A stretch of 64,000 nucleotides of DNA, from assembly GCF_006345805.1 (NCBI RefSeq), contig NC_042998.1:197532001-197596000 (forward strand). Direction: 5' to 3'. The translations under genes and the position numbers were made by a program. Positions 27,422 through 41,760 of the stretch are shown piece by piece (position 1 is the first letter of the stretch; each line of letters begins with the position of its first letter). The notes beneath the pieces are model-generated. The model saw nothing but the letters and a program-made list of their open reading frames with translations. It was not told the DNA's origin and did not search any database. Source of the stretch: Octopus sinensis (lineage: Eukaryota).

Positions 27422-29212
27422 TCCTGGTATTTGCTAGTTTTAGAACCACTTTATTGTAAAGCTATTCTCAATTGCCGAGAAGTAAACACAGATAAATATA
27501 TACGTTTTTTTCTGAAGATGAAATACAATCTACAAGTGTGTAAAATATATTAAGGATTATATATTAAGTTACATTAGACATATTCAGTTATGACACAACT
27601 CTTTTATATGTCTTCATCTTAATTAGAAAAAAAAAACAAAAACATATCATGATTAATTAATGTAATTAATATGTCAATATGTAGGTTATATATCTTACGT
27701 AGTGGAGGCGCAATGGCCCAGTGGTTAGGGCAGCGGACTCGCAGTCATAGGATCATGGTTTCGATTCCTAGACTAGGCATTGTGAGTGTTTATTGAGCGA
27801 AAACACCTAAAGCTCCACGAGGCTCCGGCAGGGGGTGGTGGCGACCCCTGTTGTACTCTTTCGCCGCAACTTTCTCTCACTCTTTCTTCTGTTGGCCTGC
27901 TCGCTTAGCCAGTGGGGTGGCGTCATTTGAAGGCTAAAACAATGTGAAGCGCATTGTGACCAGCGATGTGTAGCAACATCTGATAGCCTGGTCGGTCACG
28001 GTGATCACGGTGATATCTTACGTATCAAAAACACATCTCTCGATTCATATTGATGTAGCTACAAACCAGTATAAGAGCCTTCATATGGTCACTCAATCTG
28101 CTAGAAATAGCAGTCAATTGCCCCCTGAAAACACATCAGGCTGTCTTACAATAAGGACATAAAATAGTCATGAATGCAGCAAAAAAAAAAAAATGAATGC
28201 GCAGGAGTGGCTGTGTGGTAAGTAGCTTGTTTACCAACTACATGGTTCCGGGTTCAGTCCCACTGCATGGCACCTTGGGCAAGTGTCTTCTATTATAGCC
28301 TCGGGCTGACCAAAGCCTTGTGAGTGGATTTGGTAGACGGAAACTGAAAGAAGCCCGTCGTATATATGTACATATATATATATATGTGCGCGTGTATGTT
28401 TGTGTGTCTGTGTTTGTCCGCTTGACAACCGATGCTGGTGTGTTTATGTCCCCGTCACTTAGCGGTTTGACAAAAGAGACCAATAGAATAAGTACTAGGC
28501 TTACAAAGAATAAGTCCCGGGGTCAAGTTGCTCGATTAAAGGCGGTGCTCCAGCATGGCTGCAGTCAAATGACTGAAACAAGTAAAAGAGTAAAAGAGGT
28601 TACAGCTGGAATGTCTGTTTGCTCAGAGTTGACCCTTATTAAGGCTGTTATTATTAATAGCTGAGCAGATGGTAGAACTGGTGCCGGGAGAGCACCAGAT
28701 TAAATCGGTTACAATTGATAAATAACAAATAAAATGCTTTCTGCTATTTGGTTCTGTTTATGTAAATTTCAACTGCTTTGACAAAATACCAGTCATGTCC
28801 TGGGGTTTGTATAGTTGAATGTTCTTTTGCACCTTATTTCTGATATCCGAGCGTCATCGTTGCCAGAATGGCTATCTGGCCTCCGTGCTGGTGGCATGTA
28901 AAAGACACCATTTGAACGTGATCGTTACCAGCATTGCCTTACTGGCACCTGTGCCAGTGGCATGAGTAAAAGATTCGAGCGAGGTTGTCGCCAGTACCGA
29001 CTGACTGGCCCCTGTGCCGGTGGCACATAAAAGCACCCACTACACTCTCAGAGTGGTTGGTGTTAGGAAGGGCATCCAGCTGTAGAAACTCTGCCAGATC
29101 AAGATTGGAGCCTGGTGCAGCCATCTGGTTCGCCAGCCCTCAGTCAAATCGTCCAACCCATGCTAGCATGGAAAGGGGACGTTAAACGATGATGATGATG
29201 ATGATGATGATA

Positions 29213-29260
<48 letters not shown>

Positions 29261-30448
29261 GTTCCATTAGAAATCACTATCAATGTTTTTAGAGTGGTGG
29301 ATTAGTAGAAATAGAGTTAGAAATAGTGTGGCACATAAAAAGCACCATTTGGGCGTGGCCATTACCGCTAACCCTCGTGCCGGTGGCATGTAAAAAGCAT
29401 CCACTACACTCTCGGAGTGGTTGGCGTTAGGAAAGGCATCCAGCTGTAGAAACTCTGCCAGATCAGATTGGAGTCTGGTTCGCCAGACCTCAGTCAAATC
29501 GTCCAACCCATGCTAGCATGGAAAGCGGACATTAAATGATAATGATGATGAAGCCATTGAAATCTCGAAGCCATAACACAGTGTATGATTAATGCAAAAC
29601 ACAGTGAATAAATAAGCAATACATTCAACAGAGTAATCTGAATGCTAAGGAGTTAAAGGTCCTCTGGGACAAGTAGGAGAAAGTGGAGAAGAGTTATCCT
29701 TAGACAGGAGGCTTTGTCCGCATACTTCAAATACAGTAGGCTTTATGAAAGGCACCCTCAGGGTATGTTTGTGCCTTTCATGATGGTCTCATTCTAAGGA
29801 CGAACAAATGACCACTGACCTTTGATGTTCTCCATTTGAACTCTGACTCAGAGAGTAGGTTTGGCGAGTGCACCCTCTGCTCGCGATACCAGAGGGTGCA
29901 CACTCTCCTACCCTGATGTAATCTCCAGGGGTACATACAGGCATCCAGCGACAGGATCTCCATAATGCTATGATGGACCGTGAGGTCTGGCGTAACATTT
30001 TTATTCTTTATTCTTTTACTTGTTTCAGTCATTTGACTGCGGCCATGCTGGAGCACCGCCTTTAGTTGAGCAAATCGACCCCGGGACTCATTCTCTTTTG
30101 TAAGCCCAGTACTTATTCTATCAGTCTCTTTTGCCGAACCGTTAAGTGATGGGGACGTAAACACACCAGCATCGGTTGTCAAGCAATGCTAGGGGGACAA
30201 ACACAGACATACACACACACACATATATATATAGGCGAGCTGGCAGAAATGTTAGCACGCCGGGCGAAATGCGTAGCTGTATTTTGTCTGCCGTTACGTT
30301 CTGGGTTCAAATTCCGCCGAGGTCCACTTTGCCTTTCATCCTTTCGGGGTCGGTAAATTAAGTACCAGTTACGCACTGGGGTCGATGTAATCGACTTAAC
30401 CCGTTTGTCTGTCCTCTCTGTGTTTAGCCCCTTGTGGGTAGTAAAGAA

Positions 30449-30481
<33 letters not shown>

Positions 30482-31010
30482 TACGACAGGCTTCTTTCAG
30501 TTTCCATCTACCAAATCCACTCACATGGCATTGGTCGGCCTGGGGCTATAGCAGAAGACACTTGCCCAAGATGCCACGCAGTGAGACTGAACACAGAACC
30601 ATGTGGTTGGTAAGCAAGCTACTTACCACACAGCCACTCCTGCGCCTGTAGTAAATTCCATTGTCTCAACCACAGTCGAACAATGATGATGATGACGATG
30701 ATTGAAGTGTGGGTGATGGAGGATGCAGGTAAAGTCAAACTGCTGACGAGAATTTTAATGAAGCTCACCTGTTGTATAACTTCGTCATTTCTAATCAGGG
30801 CTGCAGCAGTTTTCCACTGGCTACAGTCAGGATCATCGGGATCATTGATGCTGTTGCATACCATCTGACCAATAGAAATGCAATCCAGGCCAGGATACTG
30901 CGATGCCAGTGTTGTAGCATGCTGCACTTTTTGACAGCCTGGAATACCTTAAATATAAGAGACAAAGGAAACAAGGAATATTTTCTTTCACACTGTGTGC
31001 ATCCGTATAC

Positions 31011-31076
<66 letters not shown>

Positions 31077-31439
31077 CATATACATACACACACACGTGCA
31101 CACATACATGCATACATGCATACATACATACATACATACATACATGCATACATACATACATACATGCATACATACATACATACATATGCATATCATATAA
31201 TATGAGATGTTTTGGTATCCAGAAGACCCAAAAGGCAGGTAAAGCTATGTAAGTACTATCATATACATATAACATCACATATATATATATGTGTGTGTGT
31301 GTGCGTGTGTGTATAACATCATGTATATATATATATGTATAACATCATGTATGTATATATATATGTATAACATTCATATATATACATATTATATATAACA
31401 TCATATATACATACATATATATAACACCATATATATATA

Positions 31440-31485
<46 letters not shown>

Positions 31486-31684
31486 AAGAAAGCACAAAAA
31501 AACACAACAACGTGAGGACGTGCAACAATATAGTATTATTGGACGCTCAGGAAAGAAGGAAAGAAGGAGGGTTTAACGTTTCAAGCGGAGCTCTTCGTCA
31601 GAAACATAGGAGAAGGAAGATCCAGAGAAGGGAAGAAAGAGGAAAAAAAATCGCCAACGGTACACACGAGGTCACATTTTGCTC

Positions 31685-31741
<57 letters not shown>

Positions 31742-33044
31742 AGAAAAACGCACCCCCCTGTCCAATGGATGGTGCTGAATCATATCTGCTGAATAAAAAG
31801 CGATCAGTGTTTTCTTTTCATTAAAAAATAATTAAGCATGCCTTTCAATAAAATTTTTGGTTTTGATAAATGAAGTTAAGGCAAAAAAAAAAGACTTCTT
31901 GAGAAACCAAATAGGCTTTTCTTCTTTCACCACTACACACTCAATAATACTATAAAAAGCGTCAAAATTCCTGCAAAAGTTAGTTCAATTTGAAGACTCC
32001 ACTAGAAGGGACGAAAGCTCTAATATATGATACATGATGTATAAAAACATGTAATATACAAATAAATATCTGTAAATATAAAACCATCCGAATTTCTGAG
32101 TAACTCATTTCTTCTAATATATAATACCTGTACATCATCTCCAAACCTTCTAATATATATAAATATATATATATACTGGAGTAAACACATAAATGTGAAA
32201 CAAGGTGGAAAAAAAAAGAGTACTCAAATACCAGTGGTAGAGTAATATGCTTTATTTAAAGCAGCAGAAAATTCAACAAACCTGTTACGCTGAGTTTCAC
32301 TTTAAATAAAGTATATATATATATACATACTCTCAAACTTTTGAAAAGTTATAGCATATAGACTCGAGGCATGGTTATTATCGTTTCGTGACTATATGGT
32401 AGTCCTTGGCTTTCTGCTGAGGAGATAACGCCAGTTGTAAATAAATTTATTTTATTTACAAAAGATTGCTGAAACTATGCATAGTCCAGAAAGGATATGG
32501 TAAAGGTTTTTATTTCTCTTTCCATTTCAGAATTACAACTATTAGTGGTTTGGAGTTTGGCTGCTCTTTCTAGTGAGTCGGATGTCCCATTATGGCCATC
32601 CCTTATATGTTTGAATGTATATTATATAGTCTATTGACTATTTTTTCTTTCTCACTTGACCGCTGGTAGCGGAGAATTTTTCTAGAATTTTTTGCTACCC
32701 TAAAATTTATTAATTAATGATATATATATATATACATACAGTGAGAGAGAGAGAGAGAGAGAGAGTTAGACAGACAGATTGATAGATAGCTACAAATGTT
32801 TGTCTTTATGCTGAGTTGTACTAAAAACAATTTTACATTAAACTTACGGATTGCTGTATACTTTTATATTTTAATAAGAGGAGGTGTGATAGTGACTCTG
32901 AAGTTTCAGTTTGCTAGACTTCCCAATTAAGGCTAGCAGGCTGAAATTTCAAAATCATTGTCACACCTCTTCTTGTAAAAATAGTCTGTCTGTCAGCCTC
33001 TCTCTCTCTCTCTCTCTCTCCTTCCCACTATCTATCTATCTATC

Positions 33045-33090
<46 letters not shown>

Positions 33091-34003
33091 GCAAACAAAT
33101 GTGGTAACATGTAACAATATTGACCGAGGTTACCATGGTCTTTTCTGTAGGCTTTTCTTTCAATGGATAAACCTTATATCTGCTTCCCCCTTTACACTTT
33201 ACATCATGGTTTTTCTGTAATACACGATCCCTATTGATCGTTTTTTCTTTTTCTTTTTCCCTTTTTCCCCCTTTTTTTTCTTTCTTTTTTTTTCCCCTTT
33301 TACGATCCTTTTTGATTGAAAACCTACCCAACTTTTTTTTCTCTCTCTCCCCAAAAAGAAAAGCTCTACTTTGTAATCTATCCCGTCTGTGTTCAGCCCT
33401 GTGTGGCTAATAAAGAAACATATCTATGTATTTGTGTATATATATATGCACGTATATGTGTGTATGTGTGTGTGTTTGTAAATATATACATTCACACATA
33501 CACACACATGGATTGTTATGTTTGAAATACTGAACAGTTTTAAAGGGCAAACGTAGGACAAAATTAACCCATTGAAACTCACCTCTCAATATTGAGGGCC
33601 CATGAGGAAATATGTACTTAGTACAGCAAATTAATGTGAACACCCATGGCTTAAAAAATACTCCTGTTTCTTACTACATACAACACTGGGGCACCAACAG
33701 TCTGTTACCTTACCTGATGTGGCAGTGAAGGCATTGCTCCAGCATGGCCTTAGATATGATGCCTGAAGTAAACTAAAGAACCTGTATGAAGTGGCATCTT
33801 TATATTCTACGAGAAGAAGAAGATTAAGATTGATGTGTTACCTGTTAGAAGAACCAGTGGGCATTTTGGGAAATGTGGATAAAAGGAGAGCTGCGGAGGA
33901 TATGCTGTCTCTCTCGGTGGAGTCTCCAAGTCACTGTAAACTGACATGCTCCGTAACTGCTCCTGAATTTCTAATTGGACAAATAGAAAATGTACAATTA
34001 AAC

Positions 34004-34036
<33 letters not shown>

Positions 34037-35990
34037 TTAACGTCCGTTTTCCGCGCTAGCACGGGTTGGACGGTGCTGGTGCGTTTACGTCCCCGTAACT
34101 TAGCGGTTCGGCAAAAAGAGACCGATAGAATAAGTACTGGGCTTACACAAAGAATAAGTCCCGGGGTCGATTTGCTCGACTAAAGGCGGTGCTCCAGCAT
34201 GGCCGCAGTCAAATGACTGAAACGAGTAATAGAGTAAAGAGAGTATGGACAGAATGCCACTAGGTATTTTACCTGGCATGCTAACGATTCTGCCAGCGCA
34301 CCTCCTTATGTAAATGAAATGTTAGAAATGTATATTAAACTATACTAATCATCATCATCATCGTTTAACGTCCGTTTTCCGCGCTAGCACGGGTTGGACG
34401 GTTCAACCGGGGTCTGGGAAGCCAGGAGGCTGCACCAGGCTCCAGTCTGGTCTGGCAGTGTTTCTACAGCTGGGTGCCTTCCTAACGCCAACCACTCCGC
34501 GAGTGTAGTGGGTTCTTTTTAGGTGCCAGGGGAGTCTGGCATCGTCCACGATCGGTTGGTGCTTTTAACGTGCCACTGGTATGGAAGCCAGTCAAGGCGG
34601 CGCTGGCATCAGCCACGTTCAGATGGTGCTTTTTACGTGCCACCGGCACAGAAGCCAGTCAAGGCGGTGCTGGCATCAGCCACGTTCGGATGGTGCTTTT
34701 TACGTGCCACCGGCACAGGTATCACAACTGCTGTTTCCATTGATATTTATTTCGATGTTCATGTACTTGACTCAATAGGTCTCCTCAAGCACAGCGGGAT
34801 GTTCTAGAATCCAAGGTACTTTGATGCGGGACTGGTGCAGGAAGCAGCCCAGGTCTTTGCAGTCACAGCATATCTCCAGAGATCTCGGTCCTTCGTCATT
34901 GCCTCTGTGAGGCCCAACGCTCTGAGGTCATGCTTGACTACCTCATCTCATGTCTTCCTGGGTCTACCTCTTACCCCTGATATCTTCAACTGTTTGGGAG
35001 CGGCACTTCTTCAGACATCTCTCCTCATCCATCCGCAGTGTATAACAATATGGATAGTCTCAAGGTCTCTCTCAAAGACTTCTCCATCGGAACAGAGACC
35101 TGGGAGACACTTGCTGCCAACCGCTCATCCTGGCGCAGCGCAATCACCGTGGGAGCAGGGACAGCCGAGGAGGGACGGATTCGGTCAGCGGAGCAGAAAC
35201 GTCAGATGCGTAAAGACAGAGCCGCCTGCACCAGTAGCACGGCCCCTACCCACTTCTGCCCCACCTGTGGGAGGGGCTTCCTTGCCCAGATTGGACTCAC
35301 CAGCCACCTCCGGTCTCATGGCACCAGTTCCATCAGATGATGTCAGTTGGTCATCTTCGAACCGAAGGACGAACATTATTATAACAATATGGCATTTAGA
35401 GTGACAAATTATTATATAATGTGAACATATTAAGTGTGATGGAGTTACAGAGTTTGCCATGGGATAATATTGAATTAGCTACCTGTTTGTGGTTTTCCAT
35501 CGAGAGCATTCTTTATAAGGTTCCTGATTTCCATAATGACATCTTCTTGTCTGGTATCTTTATGAATCTGACAAGGAAGACAAAAAGCTATAAAGACAAC
35601 TGTGGTGACGGTCATAACATGATATATATTTCTTTACTAACCACAAGGGGCTAAACATAGAGGGGACAAACAAGGACAGACAAAGGGATCAAGTCGATTA
35701 CATCGACCCCAGTGCGAAACTGGTACTTTATTTATCGACCCCGAAAGGATGAAAGACAAAGTCAACTTGGCGGAATTCGAACTCAGAACGTAACGACAGA
35801 CGAAATACCGCTAAGCATTTCGCCCTGCGCGCTAACGTTTCTGCCAGCTCGCCGCCTTGGGTCATAACATGATATATATGGTCATAATATGATATATATG
35901 AAGGATTCTTCTGTTGAAGATGATGTATGAGTGTCCAGCAAGAAGACAGATAAAAAAAAGATCCATCCAAATTGACAATCAACAACACAC

Positions 35991-36021
<31 letters not shown>

Positions 36022-37853
36022 TTAACGTTCGCTTTCTATGCTAGCACATGTTGGATGGTTCGACTGGGGTCTCGGAAGCCAGGAGGCTGCACCAGGCCCA
36101 GTCTGATCTGACAGTGTTTCTACAGCTGGATGCACCTTCCTAACACCAACCACTCCGTGAGTGTAGTGGGTGCCTTTTACGTGCCACTGGCACAGGTGCC
36201 AGGGGAGGCTGGCAATGGTCACGATTGGTTGGTGCTTTTTAATACTATTCACCAATGCTTATAATTCGTTCACTTCACTTGGTGACTCCTCATGCGAGTC
36301 CTCGGGCCACCAAAAGCAATATGGATATGAGCATGAACATGACCTGACCTAATAAACCAACACGTGACCTAGTTGAGAAATCACAATGTGGACAATGGTG
36401 ATTCGCAGGAAGGCTGTTATTCTGTTGGTTTCTTTCCCTACTTTCTCCTAACTGCTCTTGATGAAATATCCTTTGAATTTGGAAATCTTGAAGCTGGGAA
36501 AAGCACTCTCTCCTCCAGTCTGCTCGGTTTCTCACCAGATTCTCAAAGTTTTCTTTCCTAATGCTCAGACGTTTCAAACTATCCTTGAATTTGTCCTTAT
36601 ACTGTAAAAGTGGTCAGCCTACATTGCGTTGTGAATTTACAAGCTGACCATAAATGATTTGTTTTAGTATTTGACCACTATTCATGCGAAGAATGTGTCC
36701 ACACCATTTCATCTGAGACTTGCACAAGAAAGCCTCTATACCAGATATTCCACACATTTCCAGCATAGTACTATTCTTCACTCTATCATCCCTCTTAGTC
36801 TTTCATATTTGCTTCTGACATCTCACATGGAAGTTGTTCAGCTGACTGATGCGCCTATGATAAGATGTTCAGGCCTCTGAGCACCTATTCAAACTCCACC
36901 CATCTAACACCCGTGGACATGTTTACAAAGTCAGAAAACAACACAGCTCCTTCCATGACTTCAGGAAACATTTTTTCACGCTGAGAGTTGCTGAAGCATG
37001 GAACAAACTGCCAGCATCAGTTGTTAGTTGTCGGAGCACTGCATCCTTCAAAACTTCCATGCTTCCTGAGATTCGCCAACACTACACCTGATTTTCTCCC
37101 ATCCATACACACACAAGCATGAATCTGACTCATACATTGTTCACTTCCCAGACATTTTTACATTACTGCATATGCTTTATATGCACATTTGACAAGTTGT
37201 GGTGCACCTGAGCACTGTATACAATAATTTCATTATATATATTATATTATATATATATGTAAAAGAGTTTTTAGGACAACTGACATATACATGTCAATTT
37301 TTGTCCTTACTGAGAGACATCATGGGCATTCTAATGTTGATCATAAAGTGTTTGGCACCCAAACACAACCTTGTTTTGTACTATTTTTAACATCAACAGA
37401 CTTGAGACTGACTGCCATTTGAGAGAATGGATGCCTTCATATCTTTATGCAAGGACACTGACATTTAGCATTTGCTTGGGAAACTTGAGCTTTGCTAATA
37501 CTTTCCACAAACCCTGCTGATATGCAGAGTTAAAGGCTTTTGAATTCATGTTCTGTACGAATACTTTTTTCACCCCTAAATATTTATGATTGTATATAAA
37601 TTCCTTAGTTACTATAATTTATTAGTTTCTTTTGCATATTCTTAGTTTATGCATCTGTATGCAAATATAGTATAGGCATAGGAGTGGCTGTGTGGTAAGT
37701 AGCTTGTTTACCAACCACATGGTTCCGGGTTCAGTCCCACTGCGTGGCACCTTGGGCAAGTGTCTTCTACTATAGCCTCAGGCCAACCAAAGCCTTGTGA
37801 GTGGATTTGGTAGACGGAAACTAAAAGAAGCCCGTCGTATATATGTATATATG

Positions 37854-37910
<57 letters not shown>

Positions 37911-38678
37911 ATGTCCAAGCCATGCTAGCATGGAAAACGGATGCTAAACGATGATGATGATATGTGTTTGTGTGTCTGTGTTTGTCCCCCTAGCATTGCT
38001 TGACAACCAATGCTGGTGTGTTTATGTCCCCGTCACTTAGCGGTTCGGCAAAAGAGACCGATAGAATAAGTACTGGGCTTACAAAAGAATAAGTCCCGGG
38101 GTCGAGTTGCTCGATTAAAGGCGGTGCTCCAGCATGGCCGCAGTCAAATGACTGAAACAAGTAAAAGAGTAAAAGAGTAAAAGAGTATATCCCATTTATG
38201 TTTATTAGAAATTAAATAAATAAAGAATTTTGACATGTACGAATATTTATTTCCCCCCACTGTATATATTATATGCCGAGTTCCATATGAAGCTTTTACT
38301 ATTTGGTTTCAGTGTATTAAAAGCTATACTTCACTTCACTGTGTATATATGCATCCATGTATATGAAACGTAAACTATTATTGCAATATCAGTATTAATA
38401 CATAGGCCCTTTCACTTTAAGTATAAACTCTAGAGTATATGTAAAGGAATAATCTAAATTTGATTTAAATTATATTCATGCACCATTATACTTAATAATG
38501 TTATACATACAAAGGTGCAGGAGTAGCTGTGTGGTAAGTAGCTTGTTTACCAACCACATGGTTCCGGGTTCAGTCCCACTGCGTGGCATCTTGGGCAAGT
38601 GTCTTCTGCTATTGCCCGGGGCCGACCAAAGCCTTGTGAGTGGATTTGGTAGACGGAAACTGAAAGAAGCCTGTCGTA

Positions 38679-38709
<31 letters not shown>

Positions 38710-39086
38710 CTCTATATAAACGGCAGTTTGTCTGTGCGTGTTTCTGTGTGTCTGTTTGCTTGTACCCTCACCCTGACCACGGCTTTCAACCGATTCTGAT
38801 GAAACTTGACACACACATAGCCCAATGTCATAATTCAAAACTAACGCAGCAAAAATTTTGAAAAGTTCCCCCAGTTCTAAAAAAAATCGATAAATTCGAC
38901 ATGGGGTCGAGAATCAGAAACACAAACCGCAAACTGTCTAGGGGACGCAACTCCACCTTTTTTTACTCTCAAAAAAAATTTACCATCATTTTTTTCCATT
39001 TTTTTGCTATTTTTTGCCTATAACTCTCTAAAAATGCTTTATAGTTATTTCCCTTACAAACCTGAGCAACGCCGGGCGATACTGCT

Positions 39087-39125
<39 letters not shown>

Positions 39126-39757
39126 ATGTGTTTGTGTGTCTGTGTTTGTCCCACTAGCATTGCTTGACAACCGATGCTGGTGTGTTTACGTCCCCGTCAC
39201 TTAGCGGTTTGGCAAAAGAGACCGATAGAATAAGTACTGGGCTTACAAAGAATAAGTCCCGGGGTCGATATGCTTGACTAAAGGTGGTGCTCCAGCATGG
39301 CCGCAATCAAATGACTGAAACAAGTAAAAGAGTGAAAAAGAGAGAGCAAAGAGTAAATGCTTATAAATCAATATTTAATAGCATTTTGTGCTTTCAATTG
39401 TATTTTTATTTTTGTGTTCACATCACACACATACACTCTCAAAACCTTGAATATCAAACTGTTTTTTCGTACTATTTACACTTTTATAATCGAGCCTACA
39501 CCAAACATTTTTAACCTTTATCTCACATGTATACCAGAGCTCCTTTGTTTAACTTTTGTATCATCTTATATGCCAAGTCTTTTTCTGTAACAGCTTTTTT
39601 GCGATGCAAGGTTGAAAGTTCAATGGAGGCAGCTGAAGTGTTTCAAACTGTTTGGGAGTCACTCGACTTCTCTTTGCTCAAATCATAGTTAAATGGCTTG
39701 GAAAGTGAGTGTGTAAGATAAACAAAGAATGAAGAAAATAATAACAATGATAATAAA

Positions 39758-39804
<47 letters not shown>

Positions 39805-39960
39805 TGATGATGATGATTATGATGATGATGATGATGATGATGATGATGGTGATGATGGTGATCATGGTGATGATGGTGATGATGATGATGATGATGATGA
39901 TAGTGATGATGATGATGATGATGATGATGATAGTGATGATAGTGATGATGATGATAAAAA

Positions 39961-39998
<38 letters not shown>

Positions 39999-40061
39999 AT
40001 AATAATAATAATAATAATAATAATGATGATGATGATGATTATAATAATGATGATAATAATA

Positions 40062-40093
<32 letters not shown>

Positions 40094-40400
40094 AACAATA
40101 ACAATAATGATAATGATGATGATAAAAATAATAATAATAATAATAATGATGATGATGATAATAATAATGATGATGACGATGATGATGATGATGATAATAA
40201 CGATAACAATAATGATAATGATGATGATGATGATAATAATAATAATAATAATAAAAATAATAATAATGATTCCTTTATTGATCACCAAGGGTTTACATCA
40301 AGAAAAGCTTTATAGACAGTACAGGACAAAACATGGAATGTGTGTGGGTGTGTGTGTATGTGTGTGCATGTGTGTTGTTGTGAAGGTTTTGCAATGATGA

Positions 40401-40434
<34 letters not shown>

Positions 40435-40596
40435 GGTGTTGGTGGTGGTGGTGTTGGTGGTGGCGGCGGTGATGACGACGACGACCTGCAGAAAAGTGCC
40501 AATCTATATTCTGCAAGAATACTAAGAAAGATTCTTGAGGAGATATGCTGTTGCCAAACCTAACCTCAAGACAAAATACCTGCTAACTAAATTAGA

Positions 40597-40627
<31 letters not shown>

Positions 40628-40655
40628 GTAGTATTAATAATAATAATAATAATAA

Positions 40656-40713
<58 letters not shown>

Positions 40714-41039
40714 TAATAATAATAATAATAATATAATAATAATATAATAATAATAATAGTAATAATAATAATAATAGTAATAATAATAATAATAATAATA
40801 GACATGCAGTACGTATATAAAATGTTTGATAAAAATATAAATCATCTCATTTACATGGATGATTTAAAGCTCTTTGCAAAAAATGACCAACAACTCAAGG
40901 CTTTACTAGCGATTGTCAAACAATTCAGTGACGACATCAGAATGCAATAATAATAATAATAATAATGATAATAACAATAATAATAATAATATTAATAATA
41001 ATGATAATAATGATGATAATAATGATGATGATAATAATG

Positions 41040-41090
<51 letters not shown>

Positions 41091-41095
41091 TAATG

Positions 41096-41139
<44 letters not shown>

Positions 41140-41703
41140 TAGTTGCCAATTTGGATTTGTTTTTTATTTTGGTTTGTATAATAATAATAATAATAATGAT
41201 AATTATTCATTTGTCTTGGTATAAAAGATGGGCTACAGCAAATATTCTGCTCAATACCACAGATTTGCTTGTCAGTTGTTTGACCTTAACCAGTTGACCA
41301 TGTCCCTAAGTGGCTGACGATATGTGCATCTCTGATCACGAGCAGAAGTAGTCGGGGAGCATCATAGCCATATGTTGAGAGGGATTCTTTGGGGTTTGAA
41401 TAATTCACCTCTGGAAACATGGGTGGTTCGTTCAACATCCTTAAACAACCCTTATTCAGGGACCTTTTGAGTGGGATGGGTTACTCGACCAGAAGAAAAT
41501 TCTAACTGGGCCCCACCTGCAAGGTCATGTGCTGTTTATCTTGATATGAGATCACCATGTCGCGCACATATGGTTGTGATGCATGTGCCTGGTGTACCCT
41601 TATCAGACGGGTAGTCATGATGGGCATACTGGGCTTCGTATATTTTACCCCAGTGTCACTTTGATGGCATGCACTGCTCTCTCACTCAATAATAATAATA
41701 ATA

Positions 41704-41760
<57 letters not shown>

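Noticed and set aside
39611-39688. Plus-strand [19 protein letters not shown] resembling an AK terminal helix
   Set aside because: It is on the wrong strand for the gene, exon E already fills this role, and it has no supporting neighbours.
41305-41420. CTGACGA/CTGATGA variation between copies as a hammerhead N7 signature; HDV-like fold
   Set aside because: CpG decay explains the variation, there is no properly placed GAAA and stem II, and the HDV P1/P1.1 requirements are not met.
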